The notes: generated from the letters alone by a model not told the origin. Shown: positions 20,248 through 30,870, counted from the first letter of the stretch. The stretch is 64,000 bases of DNA from Patescibacteria group bacterium (GCA_040384865.1 JAZKIM010000006.1:988-64987); one strand, 5' to 3'. Numbers and translations: made by a program.

Positions 20248-21516
20248 TCAAAAAGTCAGCAGTTTTTTAAGCTTTTTATCATTTTTATGAGGACCGACAA
20301 TAGCCAAATTTGCTTTTGAAGTTTGAAAAATGTCCAAAGCTGCCTGTCGCATCTGATTGACGCTAACCCCTTCTATACGTTTAGTAGACTCTTCGATAGA
20401 GCGGATCTTGCCGTGATAAAGTTCTTGAAAGGCGCACCGGTCTGCCACGGCATTTGAGGTCTCAAGACCAAGCACGAGTCCTGAAAGACGCATATTTTTA
20501 CACCGTTGAAATTCCTCCTTGCCTGCTAATTCTTCTTTTATAAGCCTCAATTCAGTGACAATACCGTGAACCGCTTCTTCAAGACGATCATTTGCCACTC
20601 CGGCATATACCGAGAAAGTACCACTTTCCATTCCCGCCTGAAAACTACTACCAATGTAATAACAAATACCAAGCTCTTCTCTCATCTTTTTAAACAAACG
20701 TGAACTTGAACTTTCACCGAGAATAGTCGATAGTGCTGAAACGGCAGACTCCCTCTTATCAAACATGGTCGGCGCATGGAATGACAGCACAAAATGAGTC
20801 TGGTCAGTTTGCTTGTAATGGATTTTTACCGACGCATCCTTTTGCTTAATGACAGTCGGCTGCAATGTAGGTCTCTTTGTTTTCTTTATTTGAGAAAACT
20901 GTTTTTTGATATGTTTTTCAACAGTGGCACGATTGAAGGCTCCTGCAATGACGACAAGAGTATTTTCCACAGTGTAGTGCGTATTTCTATATCGAATGAG
21001 ATCCTCTCGCGTAAATGAGTTCACAGTTTTTTTGGTACCAATAATCTCCCGCCCTGCTGCCTGATCACCATACATCAATTCATCAATCACCTGCCCTACT
21101 TTTGCAGACGGATTGTCTTCATACATATTGATTTCTTGAATAACTACACCCTTCTCTTTTTCCATCTCAGATTCGGGAAAAATCGGATTTAGATATAGGT
21201 CTGAAATAATATCAACGAGTTCAACAGCATTCTTCTTGTGACCCTTCGCCCAGTAACCTGTCGAATACGCACCTGTAAATGCGTTATGGCGCGCACCAAG
21301 CATATCGAGCTCTTCTACAATATGCATTGATGACGGTCGCGTGGTCGTCCCTTTGAAGCACATGTGTTCAAGAAAATGAGCCAAACCATTCTCTTCCTTC
21401 TTTTCGTACATAAGGCCTGTGCCGACAAGCACCATTACGGAGACAGCTTGAGTGTTTCGCATTGGAGCTAAAATATATCGAAAACCGTTCTTAAGCTTAT
21501 GTTTAGTGAATTTCAT
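20248..21516 (-). CDS. M16 family zinc peptidase (insulinase-like)
   Basis: 422 aa; HFLEHMCFKGT inverted HxxEH zinc motif. Confidence 0.85.
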   Translation of the reverse strand: MKFTKHKLKNGFRYILAPMRNTQAVSVMVLVGTGLMYEKKEENGLAHFLEHMCFKGTTTRPSSMHIVEELDMLGARHNAFTGAYSTGYWAKGHKKNAVELVDIISDLYLNPIFPESEMEKEKGVVIQEINMYEDNPSAKVGQVIDELMYGDQAAGREIIGTKKTVNSFTREDLIRYRNTHYTVENTLVVIAGAFNRATVEKHIKKQFSQIKKTKRPTLQPTVIKQKDASVKIHYKQTDQTHFVLSFHAPTMFDKRESAVSALSTILGESSSSRLFKKMREELGICYYIGSSFQAGMESGTFSVYAGVANDRLEEAVHGIVTELRLIKEELAGKEEFQRCKNMRLSGLVLGLETSNAVADRCAFQELYHGKIRSIEESTKRIEGVSVNQMRQAALDIFQTSKANLAIVGPHKNDKKLKKLLTF

Positions 21517-21574
21517 ACGTCATATGAGTGTACTCAAAATCAGAAGTAAATGAAAGCGTCATACACAAAATACA

Positions 21575-21610
21575 AATGCCCACCGCCTCGAGAGAGACGG
21601 TGGGCATTGC
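21575..21610 (-). terminator. Hairpin gcccaccg...cggtgggc downstream of the GC-rich small gene
   Basis: 8-bp GC stem read directly. Confidence 0.4.
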
Positions 21611-21618
21611 AAAGAGCT

Positions 21619-22035
21619 CTAGGTCCGCAGAGGTTCAGGACGGTTGAAGTTGACCTTCAGCTCCACTCCACCCGGGATATGAAAGATGGCGAAATCCTGG
21701 GCACAAGGAGCGGGGCTGGTCACGACCGGAATCGCACCGTTTTGAACCAAGTATTTGATCACTTCTTCGCGGTCAGCCCACTTTTTCGGGGTCGTCTGCA
21801 AAACCAGCAGGACACTGGCATTTTTTGCCCCGATGCCGAATTTGAAGAAGGTAACCTGTTGTCGCTCCGAAGGTTGCGCACCGTAAAGAATGACTGTTTT
21901 CCGCACAACAGGATCGTCTTCGGCATTCTGCAAGCCGGGAACAAATCCAAGGTGCGAACAGCAAAACGCCGAAGCCACCGCAGGGTCGATCGTTGGAATC
22001 TGAATTTCCAGCGGACCGAAGGAAGGTTTACTCAT
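21619..22035 (-). CDS. Hypothetical protein in a GC-rich patch (small alpha/beta protein; DsrE-like fold is a weak guess)
   Basis: 138 aa; local GC clearly above the surrounding 40%; several overlapping spurious ORFs on both strands, as is typical of GC-rich coding. Confidence 0.35.
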   Translation of the reverse strand: MSKPSFGPLEIQIPTIDPAVASAFCCSHLGFVPGLQNAEDDPVVRKTVILYGAQPSERQQVTFFKFGIGAKNASVLLVLQTTPKKWADREEVIKYLVQNGAIPVVTSPAPCAQDFAIFHIPGGVELKVNFNRPEPLRT

Positions 22036-22179
22036 TGTGTATCACCGCAAAGAACCTTCACCCCCGTCGAAGGGTGTTGGCCCTCGATTGTTTTGGTTTT
22101 GGTGGATCGCAATCTTTAGTTTAGCCATAGTGGCCTTACTTAAAGTGACGTGCGAAAACTGGCGTTATAATGCCACGAG

Positions 22180-23592
22180 TTAAATATTCTGTCCAATCTT
22201 TTCCGCAAGGTCTGCAATAGCCACTCTCTCCTGCTTACCGGTGTCTCTATCACGCAAAGTCACGGCTCCATCTTTTTCAAGAGTATCAAAATCAATAGTC
22301 ACACAGTAAGGAGTACCGATTTCATCCTGTCGTCGATATCGCTTACCAATATTTCCATTATCATCAAAAGCAACACGACCGAACTTTTTCTTTAGATCGG
22401 TAAAAACATCTCGAGCCTTCTCTATGAGTGCAGGCTTGTTCTTCAATAACGGAAATACAGCAACAAGCACTGGCGCAACCTTCGGAGAGAACCTTAGAAA
22501 AGTTCGCACCTCCCCCTTTTCTCCATCTTCAGCAACAGCAGAAAGGTCGTCTTCGTTATATGCATCTGAAATAATAGCAAGGAGTGTTCGTCCAACTCCA
22601 AATGTCGGCTCAATGCAGTGCGGAACAAATCGTTGCTTTGTCTCTTCGTCGAAATAGGATAAATCAACCTTACTAGCCTCAGTATGATTCTTCAAATCAA
22701 AGTCTGTTCTGTAAGCCAAACCCAACAATTCTTTTTGACCCATTGGAAAATCAAATTCAGTATCAACGCTGTGTTTTGAATAATGTGCTCTGTCGGCATC
22801 AGCAATATCAACTTGGTGAATCTTTTCCTTCGACAATCCGAGGTCGTCAACAAGAAAAGAAACCTGTTCCTTTTGGAAAGCATCGAAAATATCTTTCCAT
22901 GCATCTGGTTTTACAAAATACTCAATTTCCATCTGTTCAAGCTCACGAACACGGAAGACGAAATCGCGTGGAGCAATTTCGTTTCGGAACGCCTTACCAA
23001 TCTGCGCCATACCAAATGGCAACTTTGGATGAAACGAGTCTACAATGTTCTTAAAGTTAACAAACATGCCTTGAGCTGTTTCCGGCCGTAAGTACGAAGT
23101 AGACGATTCATCCTCGGCGGCACCTACGTGCGTCTTAAACATCATATTGAACTGTCGCACATCTCCAAGCGCGTTTCCTTCTGGACTTTTGATCCCCTTC
23201 TCCTTTATCAAAACATCCATCTGAATGAGCGTCATTCCCTTAGGATCCACGCCTGCGTCTTCAAGTAAATGGTCCGCTCGGTAACGTTTCTTTGTTTTTA
23301 CGTCTTCAACCAAAGGATCAGCAAATCCGTCTACATGGCCAGATGCTTTCCATACATTTTGATTCATTAAAATAGCCGCGTCCATGCCGTACATATCTTC
23401 ACGATCCGTCACGAATCGTTTCCACCACAAATTCTCTATATTCTTCTTAAGTGCCACTCCGAGCGGGCCGTAATCCCAAGTACCAGCAAGTCCACCATAT
23501 ATTTCAGACCCCTGATAGATGAAACCGCGTCGCTTGCAGAGCGAGATGATCTTCTCCATTTGAGACATGTTTGAGGTATTTTCTGTTGACAT
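22180..23592 (-). CDS. glyQS: Glycyl-tRNA synthetase (alpha2 dimeric type)
   Basis: 470 aa; class II motifs; anticodon-binding C-terminus. Confidence 0.9.
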   Translation of the reverse strand: MSTENTSNMSQMEKIISLCKRRGFIYQGSEIYGGLAGTWDYGPLGVALKKNIENLWWKRFVTDREDMYGMDAAILMNQNVWKASGHVDGFADPLVEDVKTKKRYRADHLLEDAGVDPKGMTLIQMDVLIKEKGIKSPEGNALGDVRQFNMMFKTHVGAAEDESSTSYLRPETAQGMFVNFKNIVDSFHPKLPFGMAQIGKAFRNEIAPRDFVFRVRELEQMEIEYFVKPDAWKDIFDAFQKEQVSFLVDDLGLSKEKIHQVDIADADRAHYSKHSVDTEFDFPMGQKELLGLAYRTDFDLKNHTEASKVDLSYFDEETKQRFVPHCIEPTFGVGRTLLAIISDAYNEDDLSAVAEDGEKGEVRTFLRFSPKVAPVLVAVFPLLKNKPALIEKARDVFTDLKKKFGRVAFDDNGNIGKRYRRQDEIGTPYCVTIDFDTLEKDGAVTLRDRDTGKQERVAIADLAEKIGQNI

Positions 23593-23639
23593 AATAGGAC
23601 AACTATACGGGTTTTGACTCTTTAAATCAATAAATGCTT

Positions 23640-25571
23640 TTATTGATTTACTACCTTGTCCTGTCCGTACTTATAAGCTGGATCTGTCTCAATCTGCGCA
23701 TCTAATGACGCCTGAATATTTTCAACTATCGTATCCGTAAAATTATCTTTCCCCGCCACTCGCTGAGAATTCACTATGATAGGTGATTGTCCGAACTGAC
23801 TGATACTTGGCTGGAAAGAAATCTGAAATGCAAATTCTTTGGCACTTGAATTGTATCCCGTACCAGCTCCAATCTCTCCGATCGGCCAAGTGATCTCGCG
23901 TTTGTCGGCATTATAAACAACGCCAGGAGTCACTGGGTCTATAACACCAAGCCATTTTACATACGAAGGCAGAGTTGTGGTAAAAACTCCATCCTTTACT
24001 GTATTAAATGAATTAGAAACACTTACCAATACGGTATAAGTAGAATCCTGATCAACAACTGGAGGCAGTGGACCTGTGTTCACGAAAGGACCAGCGGTGC
24101 GAACTAAACGAGTATTCATGACCAGTCCAGACTGAATCTTTATTCTTCTAATAACAGTTGAGGTAATTTCCTCTGGCACTCTATTTTCATTAAGACGCTT
24201 TGCCCGAATCGTTAGCTCTAGAGAAATTTCAGGACGACGGAATGTCATGTTGTTTTGAATACTTGCAGGTAATGACGCAAAACCAAACTGAATACGACCA
24301 ACCCCTCCAGGGGCAATTTCCTTCAAATCCTTTAAAGTAGTTCTGTCCCACAAAATCGTACTATCAATAGAGCGATAAAAACCTTCATCTCCAGTTACTA
24401 CCCGCTTGTCCAACATGGCACCGGTAATCTTTGCTTCCAAAATTACATCGTTTACCGGCACGTCAAGATTGTTTTGCCAAGTTATTTCGCCACCAATTGC
24501 TTCGCCAGCATCAACAACGACAACATCAGCTCCGTTGCCATTCAAAGAAATATCAGCACCAAGGAATGGTTCACGTACCGCAATACTGGCAGAAGTACTA
24601 ACAAATACGGATTTAATAACGGTTGTATTCTGGGGATCTTCTGTTCCTGCCGAAAAGTTAAATACACGCTCGTCTTTATTCTGCCCGATAATGGTACCGA
24701 CAATAGTAATCTCTCTTCGACCGCCAGGCTCAAGATCGCCAAGTGACCATGTATCAGTTCCTGAAAGAGGATCGGGGGTTGCCTTGAAGTATTTAAAACC
24801 AAAAGGGTAATCAACCTTAAGAAGCAATCCTTTAATGATGGAGGTTGAATTTGATACAAGCGTTACCTTAAATGTAGACACCTGATTTGCAGTCACTTCT
24901 CTGAGCGTATCTACAGTGAGAGTGACAGGAGATGAGCCGATGAAAATTGGATAGTCTTTAGTTTTGGTAAAGATACTATCTGAACCAGGCACACGGTATT
25001 CAAGCGTTACTTTAATATTTTTCTTTACATTTTCTTCACCAAACAAAATTGACTTTACTGTCTTGCGAATGGTTTGACCGGACTTAATCGTACCTACAGG
25101 GACACGATCAGTCACAAGAGAAGTCACCCCATCACCTTCCTCCCGAGTACCTTCGGGATATGTTACAACAAGGTCAGCTAAAATGAGCTCTGAATTATTA
25201 TCATTCCTTATATCAATATCGACAGAGAGCACTTCCCCTGCAGGGCTTGCAACGGGTCCGAGCATTTTTATGTCTATCTTGTCAGGAGAAACTACGTTGG
25301 AGCCATTGTAGAAGATATATGATGAAGCGCTGGCCGCAAGAACAAAAAAAGCGACAGCACCTATAAGTACCTTCTTAAAGCCAGCACCAAAACCTGTATA
25401 TTCATCATCCTTACCATATTCTACTTTTGGAATTTCCTGGTCACCCACCCATGAATTATTAACTACAGGGGCATGAGGATGGAGCCGACCGCGATGCTGT
25501 TTTGGCGGTTCCTCGGTCTGTGAATAGAGTTTTTTCTTAAGTTGCTCGATACGACTGTCGTCTTGTGCCAT
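23640..25571 (-). CDS. Large membrane-anchored extracellular hypothetical protein
   Basis: 643 aa; cytoplasmic N-terminus, single TM (LIGAVAFFVLAASASSYIF), beta-rich ectodomain. Confidence 0.45.
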   Translation of the reverse strand: MAQDDSRIEQLKKKLYSQTEEPPKQHRGRLHPHAPVVNNSWVGDQEIPKVEYGKDDEYTGFGAGFKKVLIGAVAFFVLAASASSYIFYNGSNVVSPDKIDIKMLGPVASPAGEVLSVDIDIRNDNNSELILADLVVTYPEGTREEGDGVTSLVTDRVPVGTIKSGQTIRKTVKSILFGEENVKKNIKVTLEYRVPGSDSIFTKTKDYPIFIGSSPVTLTVDTLREVTANQVSTFKVTLVSNSTSIIKGLLLKVDYPFGFKYFKATPDPLSGTDTWSLGDLEPGGRREITIVGTIIGQNKDERVFNFSAGTEDPQNTTVIKSVFVSTSASIAVREPFLGADISLNGNGADVVVVDAGEAIGGEITWQNNLDVPVNDVILEAKITGAMLDKRVVTGDEGFYRSIDSTILWDRTTLKDLKEIAPGGVGRIQFGFASLPASIQNNMTFRRPEISLELTIRAKRLNENRVPEEITSTVIRRIKIQSGLVMNTRLVRTAGPFVNTGPLPPVVDQDSTYTVLVSVSNSFNTVKDGVFTTTLPSYVKWLGVIDPVTPGVVYNADKREITWPIGEIGAGTGYNSSAKEFAFQISFQPSISQFGQSPIIVNSQRVAGKDNFTDTIVENIQASLDAQIETDPAYKYGQDKVVNQ

Positions 25572-25590
25572 ATAGGGAAATTATAACATA

Positions 25591-26235
25591 CTACAAATGA
25601 CTCTCGCGAACCGCACGCACGAGCTCCTTTCGTGCCTGTTCACTATCACTCTTCATCATTTCTATTAATTCCACACTCCATTCATATTCCACCTTATTAC
25701 CATCATTCATATCCCCTATGTTTTTATTTTTCTGAACAATATATTTATGAAAAGTCTCATCTGCTGCGGCATACCCAAGCACAGCGAGAATTCTTAGCGA
25801 AGCAATCAATTCAACAGCCTCACTCGCCTCTTTAGTCTTCAGCAAATGCCTCTCCGAAAAACAAAAAGAAGCAAGGCTTGAAAGAATAGAGAAAAGATTG
25901 GGGTTTGGAGACTCTCCAACAACCAATCTCTTTACTAATGCCAACACCCTAGCCATCATGATTCGGCCACCAACCGGAATTCGCCGGTCATACAAAGAAA
26001 TAAGCTTACGAGCACTAGTTACTCGCCACAACTCTTTGCCGCGCACTAAAGCAAGCGAAGCGAATGACAGATCTTGAAGTGACGACTTAAGTTTCGAGTG
26101 TTGTACACGCACCGACTGTGCCGCCGCATTCACCAATCCCAAATCAGCCGTAAAGAGAGTGACAAGCCTGTTTGCTTCACCGATGTCTTTGCTATCAATA
26201 ATGAAGCCCTCTGTTTGATAGATATGATATGACAC
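25591..26235 (-). CDS. recO: DNA repair protein RecO
   Basis: 214 aa; N-terminal OB (GEANRLVTLFTADLGLVNAAAQSVR) matches the RecO N-domain. Confidence 0.65.
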   Translation of the reverse strand: MSYHIYQTEGFIIDSKDIGEANRLVTLFTADLGLVNAAAQSVRVQHSKLKSSLQDLSFASLALVRGKELWRVTSARKLISLYDRRIPVGGRIMMARVLALVKRLVVGESPNPNLFSILSSLASFCFSERHLLKTKEASEAVELIASLRILAVLGYAAADETFHKYIVQKNKNIGDMNDGNKVEYEWSVELIEMMKSDSEQARKELVRAVRESHL

Positions 26236-26244
26236 GTGTTTTAC

Positions 26245-28085
26245 TTACCCTTTCTTGACTATATTAAACCTGAGCTTCATTCCATCAATGTCAATTTCTT
26301 GAGCCCCTTCTCCTACTTTTCCATACTCAAAGACAGCAGCCTGTACAGCATAAGCAATCATGTCTCGATAGTTTTCAATTGTTTCCTTACCTACATCATC
26401 AGTTTCAATAGTAAGCACTATATAATCAGACGGAGAAAGTTCCTCTTTCTTTCGTGTCTCTTGTATGGCGCGCATAAATTCACGGACTTGACCCTCAGCC
26501 TTAAGTTCAAGTGTAAGCTCTGTATCAATTTGGACAAGACTTCCCTTCTCAACCTTTTTAACATTCAATTCGTCAGCAATAATTTCAGCTAATTCAACAG
26601 AAAGCGTTGTTGAATCCGCATATGTAAATGTTGCAAGTGGCTGACGAACTTTGATTCCCGCCTTCGAACGAAGCATTAATCCAGTTTCAACAAGCTTGCG
26701 AGCTGAAACCATGGACTCAATGAGAGTTGAATCAATTTCACCCGGTACTGGCCAGTTTTCAAGATGGACGCTTTCAACACCATCCACGCCTTTTACTTTC
26801 TGATACAAATCCTCCGCAATAAACGGCACGAATGGGGCCATCACCTTCGCAAGGGTAACCAATATGTATCGTGTTGTTTCAAGAGCTGCCTGTTTGTCTA
26901 CTTCATCTTCCGCCTTGAATCGGTCTCTAGACCGTCGAAGATACCATGTCGAAAGGTCATCGATAAAATCAGCGATTGGCCGTGAAGCGCGGTCTAGCTG
27001 ATTTGTATCAAGAGAAGTGGTGACTTCCAATATCAAAATGTTAAGTCGAGAAACCATCCATCTGTCTAACACGTGCTTACTCCCCGGCAATACTACCGAA
27101 GACTCCTCTTGAGGCGCATAGGTATTGTAAAATGTAAAGACATTCTCTAGTCGGTTGAAAAGCTTTTTATTTACCTCATCAAGAGCCTTCTCGGTGAAAG
27201 CCACCTCTTCACCACGAACAGCAGGAGAAGAGACAAGGAAATATCGAAGTGCATCAGCCCCATATTTTTCTACTGTAGGCATGAGATCGGGATAGTTCTG
27301 TAAACTCTTAGACATCTTCCGACCATCCTCACCAAGGATGAGACCGTTGACGATGACACTTTTAAATGCAGAACGATCAAAAATAGATTTTGAGAGATTG
27401 AGAAGTGAATAAAACCAACCTCGAGTTTGATCCAGACCTTCAGCTATAAAATCTGCCGGAAAAAGTTTACTATTTGTGGCAAGCATCTCCTCTTTGTTTT
27501 CAAAAGGATAATGATTCTGAGCAAAAGACATAGAACCCGAGTCATACCAAACATCAAATACTTCAGGGATACGGCGCATCGTTTCGTCAATATCATTTTT
27601 CCATGTCACTTCATCGATATATGGACGGTGAAGATCGAGTTCAAAACTTTCATTATGCGGAAGGGGCACAAATTTACATTCATGAACAGAACCTGTCGGA
27701 TCAGAAATATCAGTCCAGCCATGACGAACAAGGTCGCGTAAAGTCACACCATTTGCAATATTTATAGCTAAACGAAGTGGCAATCCATGCGTAACAATGA
27801 GAATGCGTGAGTCCACATGTTTTGCATCGATATCATAGAAAAATTCCCCTACGCGCCTTTTAACATCTTCAACAGATTCACCATCCGGCACCTTCTTGTA
27901 AAGATGTTCACTAATATCCTTAAAATATTCCGTGCGCTGACTCCAACTTCCCCCATCAAAATCTCCCGCATATATTTCCCGAATACGTTTGTCATACACA
28001 ATCTTCGTCTTGTCATAGCCAATAACCTCTGCAACAATTTCAGCGGTTTCTTTAGTTCGAAGAAAATCAGAAGTATAGATGACAA
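26245..28085 (-). CDS. ileS: Isoleucyl-tRNA synthetase, C-terminal part (remnant of histidine-phosphatase-like insert, then WYDSGS, KMSKS and anticodon-binding domain); reading frame is -1 relative to the N-terminal part
   Basis: IYTSDFLRTKETAEI...LIVTHGLPLR (PGM-family motifs) followed by DLHRPYIDEV, VWYDSGS, GRKMSKS; frame open upstream to 28110. Confidence 0.8.
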
Positions 28086-29633
28086 CTGACCGTGGCGCAT
28101 AACGAAAAATTCATTTCCTCGCCCCTCCTTTCGGATCTTTTCCTTTAATTCTTCAACTGAACTGATAAACTCAGTTTTTCCAGATGTTTCCCCCCTCCAC
28201 ACAGGAAGCGGTGATCCCCAATATCGGGATCTAGAAACTGCCCAATCGCGAGCCCCTTCAAGCCATTTACCAAAACGTCCTTCACCAATTTCTTTTGGCG
28301 TCCATGCAATTTTATTATTTTCTTCAACCAACCTATCTTTAAATTCGCTAACCCTTACAAACCATGACGAGGTGGCATAATTAAGAAGCGGCGTATTACA
28401 TCTCCAACAGTGCGGATACGAGTGCGTATACTTTTCTTTTTTAAACAAAGGAGACGGGACTTTCCTGCCAAGATATTTTATCACCTCCACATCCCCCTTC
28501 TGGTGATCATCAATTGGCTTTGCGGCCTGGCCAGCAAAGTCAGTTACAGTGGAAACAAAGAGGCCATCTGGACCAATGTGGTGAATAACAGGAAGACTTT
28601 CTTTTCGAGCAAGCTTCATATCATCTTCGCCGAAGGCAGGAGCAATATGAACAATACCTGTTCCGTCTTCTGCTGTTACAAAATCAGCTGCATAAATTTT
28701 CCAGGCATTAATACGACGCGCTTCAGCATCACCGAGAAGCGTGCCTGGAGTAACATAATATGGAAACACTGAAATGTATGATTTCCCTACAAGAGCCACA
28801 CCCTTCACCTCTTCAAGGATTTCATACCCAGCAGGTACACCTTCTTGTCCAGCAGCACCTACTCCCGCAAAAACTTTTGGTAATAAATTCTTTGCCGCCC
28901 AATATTTAATACCTTCAAATTCCACCCTTGCGTAATCCAAATCAGGATTAACCGCGAGGGCAACATTACCAGGCAATGTCCACGGTGTGGTTGTCCAAGC
29001 TAATACATAGGTTCCAGGTTCATCTATTAATTCAAATTTAACGAAAGCGGAGATATCAGTGATATCTTTATATCCCTGTGCCACTTCAAAGTTTGAAATG
29101 GAAGTCCCACATCGAGGACAATATGGCATGACCTTGTAGTCTTCATATACCAAACCTTTTTTATTGAGCTCGGCAAATGACCACATGACAGATTCCATGT
29201 ATGAAGCATCCATGGTGCGGTAATCATCATCCATATCAACCCATCGGCCAAGACGCGGAATAATTCTTTTCCACTCGTCGGCATATCTAAGAACGCTCTC
29301 CCGAGCTGCACGATTGAATTTCTCCACACCTACCTCTTCGATCTCTTTTTTGTTTTTAAGACCCATTTCCTTTTCGATCAAGTTTTCAATCGGCAATCCA
29401 TGGCAATCCCATCCCCATCGGCGAGGAACATGGAATCCCTGCATAGTTTTATATCGAGGAATGACATCTTTTATAGTAGTCGGCAATACATGTCCGTAAT
29501 GAGGTAAACCTGTTGCATAAGGTGGACCATCGTAGAATACAAAATTACCCTTCGGTGAAGGTTTATTCAAACTTTTCTGAAAAATATCATTTTCTTTCCA
29601 GAAAGCAAGGATTCGGTTTTCTCGTTCGTGCAT
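28086..29633 (-). CDS. ileS: Isoleucyl-tRNA synthetase, N-terminal part (HIGH region, CP1 editing domain, start of inserted RHG phosphatase motif); only junk translation beyond about 28086
   Basis: PPYATGLPHYGH, GWDCHGLPIE, VSRSRYWGSPLPVW, then NEFFVMRHGQ; the annotated ORF continues out of frame to 27849. Confidence 0.8.
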
Positions 29634-29753
29634 ATATATTTAACAGCGGCAAAGAGCCCTCGTTTGTAGCCATTATAGTAGCACCAACCTATATAAAATG
29701 GAAAAGGTCGTCCGGATTGTTACCGGACGACCTCGTAAACAGAATGCTCAAGA

Positions 29754-30086
29754 TCAGACGAGCAGATTGGTGGCATCGTATCGACGATCTACCGGCTGAC
29801 GAGCCCAAATAGGGCTGCCGTTTGGAACGGGCACCTGAACCGGCTCCGGAAAAATGAGCAGCCAGAGGCCTCCAACTTCATCAGACTGGTCGGGCGTGGC
29901 GACAGACTCGGGCACGTAGATATCCTGCTCCGGCGGCAGCTCTTCATCGAGTGGGTTGCTCAACTGGACATTGATTCCAGGCTTCATTTCCGCCCAGGGA
30001 CTCTGATCGAAATCACTCTTCGCCTGAGCCAAGATCGAAAGTGCCGCAAGGGCCAACGTTGCAGACAAAACTTTTTTGAGTTTCAT
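29754..30086 (-). CDS. Small secreted acidic protein in a GC-rich patch
   Basis: Signal peptide MKLKKVLSATLALAALSILAQA; Pro/Glu/Asp-rich; GC visibly above 50%. Confidence 0.35.
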   Translation of the reverse strand: MKLKKVLSATLALAALSILAQAKSDFDQSPWAEMKPGINVQLSNPLDEELPPEQDIYVPESVATPDQSDEVGGLWLLIFPEPVQVPVPNGSPIWARQPVDRRYDATNLLV

Positions 30087-30206
30087 TAGATTCACCTTCC
30101 TCTCTGGTTGCACGCGGTCAAAATGACTGCGCTGTTTTTGTTCTTAAGAGACCTATTCAAATGCTACGCTTGTATATATAAACGGTCAATTGATATGTAT
30201 AAAAGA

Positions 30207-30244
30207 TTCAGCCTCCGGCGCGCAATGTTTGCGCGCCGGAGGCT
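30207..30244 (-). terminator. Strong 16-bp GC palindrome (cagcctccggcgcgca...tgcgcgccggaggctg) terminating the small basic-protein gene
   Basis: Perfect inverted repeat followed by a T-rich stretch on the minus strand. Confidence 0.6.
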
Positions 30245-30275
30245 GTGAATTCTGCGATCCGAGGATCGATTACCG

Positions 30276-30548
30276 TTACTTCACGGTAGTGTGCCGCTGC
30301 CGAACCGTGGGCGAGGGACGAGTTTCGATACCGGGGTCTCTGTGTGGGGACTGACCCCGAGGACCTTTCCGCGTCCGCGCCGAACCGCGCCGCTTCTTAT
30401 GTTTGCGGATCAGGGGGATAAGGCCGCCGCCGAACGCGAGGTTATCAAACCGCCGCTGACTGAACTTCATCTGGACCCCGTTGGCGAGGCGGACAATGAC
30501 GCGTCGGGAACCTTGCTGAATTGGAACTTCACTTTGTTTTCGTGACAT
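30276..30548 (-). CDS. Small basic hypothetical protein (Arg/Lys-rich C-terminus) in a GC-rich patch
   Basis: 90 aa; has its own terminator; faint OB/IF1-like resemblance only. Confidence 0.35.
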   Translation of the reverse strand: MSRKQSEVPIQQGSRRVIVRLANGVQMKFSQRRFDNLAFGGGLIPLIRKHKKRRGSARTRKGPRGQSPHRDPGIETRPSPTVRQRHTTVK

Positions 30549-30639
30549 GACTGCTGTGGACTCTCTGTTTTTGTTTCATTAACACGCTCGAAACCACGTA
30601 CAACCATTTTTGTACAACCTAGCAAGAAATACTATTAGA

Positions 30640-30870
30640 CTTGCATCGACACGTCAAGTTTTTTGTAATAAAAAAGATTCTTAAACGTCTTAGTAATAGG
30701 CTGGAGATAAATCGGAAGACGGTTGCGTCGAGCTTCAATAAAGCCTCAGTTTTACAACGTTTTGCCCTGCAAAACTTTAACCACAAACACTTTATTGACT
30801 CCTCGTCACAACCTTCCCCTTCCACCCACACCAAAGCCGCTCGCATCTGCAGCGGCTTATTTATTTGTAT
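30640..30870 (+). ncRNA. Candidate small non-coding RNA bounded by a sigma70-like promoter and a rho-independent terminator
   Basis: TTGCAT, 17 nt, TGTAAT at about 30643-30671; terminator aagccgct-cgcatctgc-agcggctt plus T-run at 30835-30870; no credible ORF between them. Confidence 0.25.

Noticed and set aside
27849-28111. Treating the two ileS ORFs as two genuinely separate genes
   Set aside because: The frames overlap by about 260 nt and a single protein domain (the histidine-phosphatase-like insert) continues across the junction. This is one gene with a -1 frameshift.
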